A DNA stretch of 64,000 bases from Octopus vulgaris (taxonomy: Eukaryota), in the NCBI GenBank assembly GCA_951406725.2, contig OX597817.1, positions 172,174,001 through 172,238,000 on the forward strand, given 5' to 3'. The position numbers and the translations under genes are program-made. Positions 56,749 through 64,000 of the stretch are shown piece after piece. A model generated the notes under the pieces. That model had not been told where the DNA came from. It searched no databases and worked only from the letters and a program-made list of their open reading frames with translations. The number at the start of each line of letters is the position of its first letter. Within the stretch, counting starts at the first letter, position 1.

Positions 56749-57458
56749 TATCACTCGATGTTTTACCGATTCTTCCAATCATCTTTTCTCAACAAATCTC
56801 AAGACTTGTATGGATCTCTCCTTCGCTTGAATTTCCAATATTTTTAATTCTCCTAAGGCAGCGAGCTGGCAGAATCGTTACTGCCCCAGGCAAAAATGCA
56901 TAGTAGCATTTCATCCGTTTTTACGTCCTGAGTTCAAACTCAGCCGAAGTTGACTTTGCCTTTCATCTTTTTGGAATAGATAAAATAAGGAACAGTTGAG
57001 CACTGTTGTCGATGTAGTCGACTTACCCCAACCCCAGAATTGATGGTCTTGTGCCAAAATTTGAAATCAATATTTTCAGTTTTTCTAGTTTTTAATTAAC
57101 AATTTTTTCCCCGCCTTCAAAATTTGTATAATAACCACACCAGCAACTTCGCCTACCATGCTGAGCTAAGGAAACATTGATACAATTGATTTGTTTCTGG
57201 CTGATCTGAAAATGACAAACGAAGAGACACTCAGAAAAATGTGCATAGCGTTTGTCAAATGTGACTTTCGGAGTATCTACAGAATGAAATGTCGTTTTTC
57301 AGTAAGTAAATTGGCTTCAAGTTTTGACAGAAGACCAGCAATTTCGAGGCTGGAGGTAAGTCGATTACATCGGCCCCTGTATTTAACTAGTACTTATTTT
57401 ATCGACCCCGAAAGATGAAAAGCAAAGTCGACCTCGGCAGGATTTGAAGTGAGAACAT

Positions 57459-57845
57459 TCTTAAGCACTCCGTCGGTTACGACGATGAGGGTTCCGGTTG
57501 ATCGGATCAACGGAACAGCCTGCTCGTGAAATTAACGTGTAAGTGGCTGAGCACTCCACAGGCACGTGTACCCTTAACGTAGTTCTCGGGGATATTCGGC
57601 GTGACACAGAGAGTGACAAGGCCGGGCCCTTTGAAATACAGGTACAACAGAAACAAGGAAGTAAGAGTGAGAGAAAGTTGTGGTGAAAGAGTACAGCAGG
57701 GATCACCACCATCCCCTGCCGGAGCCTCGTGGAGCTTTAGGTGTTTTCGCTCAATAAACACTCACAACGCCCGGTCTGGGAATCGAAACCGCGATCCTAT
57801 GACCGCGAGTCCGCTGCCCTAACCACTGGGCCATTGCGCCTCCAC
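57459..57845 (-). mobile_element. SINE family A inserted in the B-box region of a family C SINE
   Basis: TSD GAAGTGAGAACAT at 57446-57458 and 57846-57858. Confidence 0.9.
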
Positions 57846-58771
57846 GAAGTGAGAACATAAAGACGAACGAAATGCCACTTAACATTTTTCCCGGCCTGGT
57901 AACGATCCTGCCAGCTTGCCGCCTTATTATGGCACTTAATATTGGCTTCATATTTTGGCCCAAGGCCGGCAGTTTCAGGATAGCCCGATTCTGCCAATTC
58001 ACTGCCTTACTTTCAGTAAGTAAATTGATTTCAAACTTTGGTACGTGGCCAGGAATTTGGAGGCTGGGGATAATTCGATTACATCGGCCCCAGTACTTAA
58101 CTGGTATCTATTCTTTCGATCCTGAAAAGATGAAAGGCAAAGTCGACTTCGGCGGGATTTGAACTCAGAACGTAAAGACGGACGAAATATCGCTAAGCAT
58201 TTTCCCGGAGTGCTATCGATTCTACCAATTCTCAGCCCTACTTTCATCAAGTAAATTAACATCCCAGTACGTACTGCACGTATTGTATATTGTAGTTACT
58301 ATACAATACTTCATGCATTTGAAGTAGTCCAATACATAGAAATAATCCTTTCTACTATAGGCACAAGGCCTGAAATTTTGGGGAAGGGGACTAGTCGATT
58401 ATATCGACCCCGGTGTTTCACTGATACCTAATTTATCTACCCCGAAAGGATGAAAGACAGAGTCGACCTCGGTGGAATTTGAACTCAGAACGCAGCGACG
58501 GGCGAAATAGCGCAGAGCAATTTCGTCCAGCGCGCTAACCAATCTGCCAGCTCGCCGCCTTCAGTGCCTAGAAATAATGATTTGACAGAAATAATGTAAC
58601 GCAGGACAGATAAGGTAAGACATAATGCATTATGTATTTGCTTAATCACTCTCTGAGCAGAGTGGCACATTGCAAGTGGCACATTGCAAGTGGCACACGA
58701 AAATCTAAATAGCATAGTCGGCGGAGATTACGACAAAAACGGGAGTTTACGCTTAACATTAGGATATTTGT

Positions 58772-59038
58772 GAAGACACGTTGCCTAGTGTTAGGATGTT
58801 GCGCTCACGATCGCTAGATCGTGAATTCGATTCCTAGACCGGACGACGCGTTGTGTTCTTGAACAAAAGCACTTCGTTTCACCTTGCTCCAGCCCCACTT
58901 TCGATCGGGAACAATGTTGGCCTGTTTGCCTAGACAGCGGGATAGCGTCATTAGAAAGCTAAAACTATGCAAAGCACATTGTGACCAGCGATGTGTAACA
59001 ACGTCTGATTATCTGGTCGTTCACGTTGATCACGTGAT
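58772..59038 (+). mobile_element. diverged SINE with head 2/CORE-like centre and a fourth tail type
   Basis: TTCGATTCCTAGACCG...TTGTGTTCTTGAACAA...TTTCACCTTGCTCCAG. The tail GCACATTGTGACC is shared with an older copy at ~16040-16260. Confidence 0.6.
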
Positions 59039-59926
59039 ATAGGATATAAATTGACATTCGACGTCGGTACGTTGATAGGCTCCGTAGACAGTACGGAGAA
59101 GAATACAATTCTTTGCAGTACTTAGTTTTGCTCCATACACTTTCTGTGTCCCAACCCCGGCTTGATAATCTATTCTGAGTGTGATAGATGAACGCTTTAC
59201 ACCGACCATAATTCTGTTATTGCGGTAAGTATGCTACAATCTGGTCGCAGTTTGTTTCCAAATCTAATAATACTCAGTCAGAAACAAAAGATGAAGTCAG
59301 GTTGAAGTTGTAGCATGTATAGAAATAGCTTAAAGTTTCTATGTTTGTATTTATGCCAGAGCAGCAGATTCAGCACGATAGTATAACCTGTGACAACAAA
59401 CAACCAACATATGTCACTGGATTTCATACCAGTCGATGAAGCAGTTAGCACTGATGTCTTTATAAAGACATATAAACATACACACATACACACACACACA
59501 CGCACATAATATAAATACACACACACGTGTATATATATGTATGTATGTATAATCGTGTAAAGTCATAGCTAATGCCTCCAAGCCCACTTGGACGTAGGGA
59601 GACCCTCCGCTGCGGAAAATTTTCCACCTTAACGACATGAATCGAAACACATCAGATCGTAGGATGGACGCATTTCTGCGTTTTCAGAGCGTCAGCTGAA
59701 ATCAGTAGCCGTTCATATCTTGAAGTATAATGTGATGGAATGGCATAATTGAGAAAGAAATGACTTGTGGTATTTGTTCCGGCTCTTTGTGCTTTCAATT
59801 CTCATTCTACTAAAGTCAAATTTGCCTTTATCGGTCCCCAGTCGGTAAAATAAACCACCCGTCAACGCCCTCTCCTCAAAATGACCAACTTTTTAGCCCA
59901 AATGAAAAACGTCTAAAATCTTGATA

Positions 59927-60439
59927 TCTATATATATAAAACTGTAGTTGTGTGAGTGTCTGTCCCCTTCGATTTAGATTCCTAACTACTCCCACATTTT
60001 GCGGTGCAGTTTAACCAAATTCGGGTATCTTATAGTCGTGATTCATATCGAGCCCGTCTGAGTATTAGCGCGCGTCTACGATGAGTCTACGATTTTTAAA
60101 ATAATTTAACATAATTTTTTATTCCATTTTAATGCATAATTTTTCGTGTGTCGATGGCGGCGGAGTTGGCGTCCATGGTCACACCTGCACCTGTTTGCTT
60201 TTCCCCCTTCTTACCTCCCTCGTGAAGCTGTGGGGAAGGGAGTGTAAGGAAATCAACGTCGTAAAGTGTTGTCAAGGAGACCAGCGTTCTTTTAGAACAA
60301 CGACTTCATGGCTTGAAGACACCAAAACAGAAATGGCTAAGAAAGCCCGAATTGGCATCTATAAGGGAAGTAACTCTCTAAAAATGCTTATATAGTTATT
60401 TCCCTTACAAACCCGAGCAACGCCGGGCGATACTGCTAG
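59927..60439 (+). mobile_element. non-autonomous Helitron
   Basis: A|TCTATATATATAAAACTG...ACAAACCCGAGCAACGCCGGGCGATACTGCTAG|T: TC...CTAG ends, subterminal hairpin, A-T insertion, no TSD. Confidence 0.85.
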
Positions 60440-61664
60440 TATATAATAATTGACTTAGGAATATTCGGTCGATAGTAACCTTTTCGTTGAAGAACCGTTC
60501 TTGTACCCTGTCGAAAAAAACTGAGTATTTCACATTTACGGATTTAAAAAATTATTTTAGAGTTTTCATTTTCAATCGGAACTGCTGTATTCGTTTCGAT
60601 GTATCTTTTTTTTAGGTGGGAAAGGCATGAACATCATCTATTCCCATTTATCATTCATAATAATATTTAAGGCTTTATGTCTGCTTAAGGACTCATTATT
60701 AATATGATCATTTATAAATGATTATAATCAGTGACAAGTCGAGAGAAAGAGTTCGAAAAGAACACTTAACTAAAATCGATTCCTCATCGTTAAATAGTAT
60801 GTTGGATCCATTGTGCAATTATTCTTTCTATGAAAGACGTATTATGCTTTATCGGAAGCATTGACAACAGGTTCAGGAACAATAGCAGCAGCTGCACCAT
60901 CAGCACTTCCAGCAGCAACAAGTAGACGAAGAACAATGCCAAGAACATTAACGACATCAATAACCATGACAAAAAGAAATTTCCAAAAGTCTCGAAACCA
61001 TTTTGTCTACTTTTATTTCGATAATTTGTATTAAAATTGCTTAGAAAAATTTTCGGTTTTTTGTTTTTTTTAAGATGGCTACAAAACTGTTGAGCGAGGT
61101 TTTCACATCCAGCAAAATAAAATAACCCAAAGTCCCTCCCTGAATAACGTTTTTGTTTTTAAAGAACATACTTAAAGGGACTAATGATTGTGTAAAGGAT
61201 CCTGGGACATCATAGCTAATGATAATTTCATCGACATCACTCTATGCATGATTCTCATAGTTACTGCTGCTGCTGCTGTTGCTGCTGATGCAGTTGTGGA
61301 AGCTACAATTTGTTCTTCATTTGCTGCTGTTACTGCTAGGATCATTCTATTTGCGGTTGTTATTTTTTTTCTTTTAGATTTTGTAGGTTGAAAAGAATAA
61401 CGTTTACGCCTTTTTGGTGTTCTCATTTCATATTAAACCAAAATCTCAAATATCAGCCTATGACATACCCGGCCAAATTCAATCTACACCTTATTCCCAG
61501 CAAATATGTATATGGCTTTGTCACGTATTTGTAGGGCCCTGTGTGGGTGGAAGTGGCAGTTGTGATCTGGGAAGAGCTTTCTAAATTTAAGACTACATAA
61601 TTCTTCGTCTGAAAAATCAACAACAACAACAACAACAATAATGATGATGATGATGACTACTTTC

Positions 61665-61925
61665 ACAAACAAGAATACTAAAAATGAACCCAAACGCTCT
61701 CAAAAATTAAGTAAACAAACTGGTAAAATAATTCAGAATCCTTGTCCGGTACCGGATCGATTCTAAAATCTAATCAGTTCATGCCAGTCAAGAGGCCAAA
61801 TATCCCTGAAAGTTTCATCCAAATCCATCCAGCGGTTCTTGAGATATCTTATCCACGGACAAACAAACAAACAAACGCGACTGAAAACAATACCTCTGCC
61901 TTCGTCTTAGCGAAGGCAGAGGTAA
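61665..61925 (+). mobile_element. Helentron-associated (HINE/DINE-like) non-autonomous element
   Basis: AAAGTTTCATCCAAATCCATCCAGCGGTTCTTGAGATATC, then (ACAA)n, then terminal hairpin TACCTCTGCCTTCG-TCTTAG-CGAAGGCAGAGGTA. Confidence 0.6.
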
Positions 61926-61929
61926 TAAT

Positions 61930-62232
61930 ATGATAGGTATAGAAAAAATAGCAAAGTACCAGGACCTAGGCATTGAGTTACAGAGACTATGGAAAGTGCG
62001 TGTAAAATGTATCCCTGTAGTTATAAGTGCATTAGGAACTATCCCTAAAGATTTGAACAGATGGATAAAGGAAATAAAGCCTAGTTTAGTGCAGCTCCAG
62101 AAAACAGTGTTATTACGGTCTGCTAGGATACTAAGGAAGGTTCTTGATATCTAAGTTTAATTGTAATCCGAATTTAGGAATTTTTCTTTCCAACAGTTTA
62201 ATTTGTCGTGCATATGTGAAATAATAATAATA
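61930..62232 (+). mobile_element. 3' end of an R4/Dong-clade non-LTR retrotransposon
   Basis: EKIAKYQDLGIELQRLWKVRVKCIPVVISALGTIPK...LQKTVLLRSARILRKVL (end of the restriction-like endonuclease domain), followed by GAA(ATA)n. Confidence 0.8.
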
Positions 62233-62249
62233 ACAATTCATTCTAGTCT

Positions 62250-62630
62250 TCGCACAAAGTCAAACACTTTGGTGAGGGGAGGCACTTAACTTATCGACCC
62301 CAAAAGAATGAAAGGTAGACTCAACCTAGACAGAATTTGAACTCAGGATTCAACGAACCGAAAGATCAACTTGTAAGCATTTGTCCGATGCGCTAAGGAT
62401 TCTGCCAGCTCGTCGCCTTTGTCATTATGATTATTCTTTCTGTTACAGGCACGGGGCCTGAAATTTGGGATAGGGAAAAGGATTAGTCGATAACACCGAC
62501 TCCGGTGCTCAACTAGTACTTAATTTATTAACCCTGAAGGTATGAAAAACATGCAGAACATGCAGACGGACGAAATGCCGCCAAGCATTTTGTTCAGCGT
62601 GCTAACGATTCTGACAGCTCGCCACCTTAC
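62250..62630 (-). mobile_element. two diverged family C SINEs in tandem
   Basis: Heads GATTCTG(C/A)CAGCTCG at ~62400 and ~62610. Confidence 0.75.
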
Positions 62631-62636
62631 ATAATG

Positions 62637-62673
<37 letters not shown>

Positions 62674-62710
62674 TAATAATAATAATAATCGTATATATAA
62701 TAATAATGAT

Positions 62711-63219
62711 AAATGCCCTGATGCAGTACCAGGCAGTGGCTCTCGTGGCTTCTAATCTTAACTGATTGGAAGTGTTATCACGTACATTGTTTTGTCTTGG
62801 TAGAAATATGGGCTACAACAAATATTCTGCTCAATACCACAGATTTGCTTGTCAATTGTTTGACCTTAACTAGTTGAGCATGTCCCTTAGTGGCTGACGA
62901 TATGTGCATCTCTGATCACGAGCAGAAGTAGTTGGGGAGCATCGTAGCCATGTGTTGAGACGATTTCTTTGGGGTTTGAATAATCCACCTCTGGAAACAT
63001 GGGTGTTTCGTTCAACATCCTTAAACAACCCTTATTCATGGCCCTACCTGCAAGGTCATGTGCTGTTTATCATGATATGAGATCACCATGTCGCGCACAT
63101 ATGGTTGTGATGCATGTGCCTAGTGTACCCTTATCAGATGGGTAGTCATGATGGGTATACTGGACTTCGTATATTTTACCCCAGTGTCACTTTGATGGCA
63201 TGCACTGCTCTCTTACTCA
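62711..63219 (+). mobile_element. (TAA)n-embedded dispersed element (family E)
   Basis: (AAT)n on both sides. The 3' part is nearly identical to the reverse complement of 22117-22437. Confidence 0.75.
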
Positions 63220-63224
63220 ATAAT

Positions 63225-63296
<72 letters not shown>

Positions 63297-63419
63297 TTCT
63301 ACTACAGGCACAAGGTCTGAAATATGGAGGAGATAGATAGTCGATTAAATCGACCCCCAGTACTTAGCTGGTACTTATTTTGTCGACCCCGAAAAGATGA
63401 AAAGTAAAGTCGACCTCAG

Positions 63420-63473
<54 letters not shown>

Positions 63474-63799
63474 CTTTTATTTTCCACCAGGGTGGATGAT
63501 GAAGGGCACAATACAAATGCCGACATAAAGTGTGGGAGTTCACTACATACAATGAAATGATTAAAAAAACCGCAGAAAAGTATACAAAAGAAGTGACGTA
63601 TGCATAATATATTATAGTAAGAGAGAAAGAAAAGAGATGATAGCGATGTGGTCCTCCTGATACAGGAGGACCTCTAAGATAATCGAGGAACCCAATCGTC
63701 CAATGTTGGACTGAATACCAAAGGCAAGTGTCCTCTCCAATTCATTTTCTCCGCCTCATCCACTTTTGCCTTTTCACAATTTTCATCCACCTTAAAAGT

Positions 63800-64000
63800 A
63801 TTAAATTTTAGCACTAGGCCTTCAAATTCGGGGCAAGGTGTAAATCAATTACGTCGACCCTAGTGTTCAAGTGGCACTTATTTCATCGGCCCCCTATGGA
63901 CGAGAGTTTAAGTCGACTTCGGAGGTCTTTGAACTCAGAGCGAAAAAACGGACGAAATGCCGCTCAGAATTTTGCTCGGCGTACTAGCGATTCTGACAGC
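63800..64000 (-). mobile_element. family C SINE running off the window edge
   Basis: GTCGACTTCGG...TTTGAACTCAGAG...GACGAAATGCCGCT. Confidence 0.75.

Larger units (their letters stand above)
55190..58561. mobile_element. second cluster of family C SINEs on both strands, hosting two nested SINEs
   Basis: For example 56006-56222 (+) with TSD AATATTTATTCCTTAT (55989, 56223), and 58347-58561 (-) with TSD TAGAAATAAT. Confidence 0.8.

Overview
AT-rich animal genomic DNA saturated with repeats. The mix of tRNA-headed SINE families and very long simple repeats resembles an octopus (coleoid cephalopod) genome; this is inferred, not proven. I found no intact protein-coding gene, and almost every ORF in the track is a microsatellite or repeat artefact. 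The window holds several dozen SINE copies built from interchangeable head, core and tail modules, many with target-site duplications (TSDs) and nested in each other. It also holds a complete but dead mariner transposon, two CR1-type LINE relics, R4/Dong-type LINE 3' ends sitting in (TAA)n, two non-autonomous Helitrons, a 4.7-kb (ATT)n array with kb-scale internal duplications and a 6-kb 27-bp satellite that appears to have grown out of a SINE. Two decayed coding-like blocks may derive from an RGS-domain (RGSL1/RGS22-like) gene. The most striking item is a 635-bp palindromic insertion (48496-49130, 12-bp TSD) whose arms each join a tRNA-like Pol III head to a minimal type I hammerhead ribozyme motif of the Penelope type. 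Several other hammerhead-like repeats occur in the window, one of them also a foldback.
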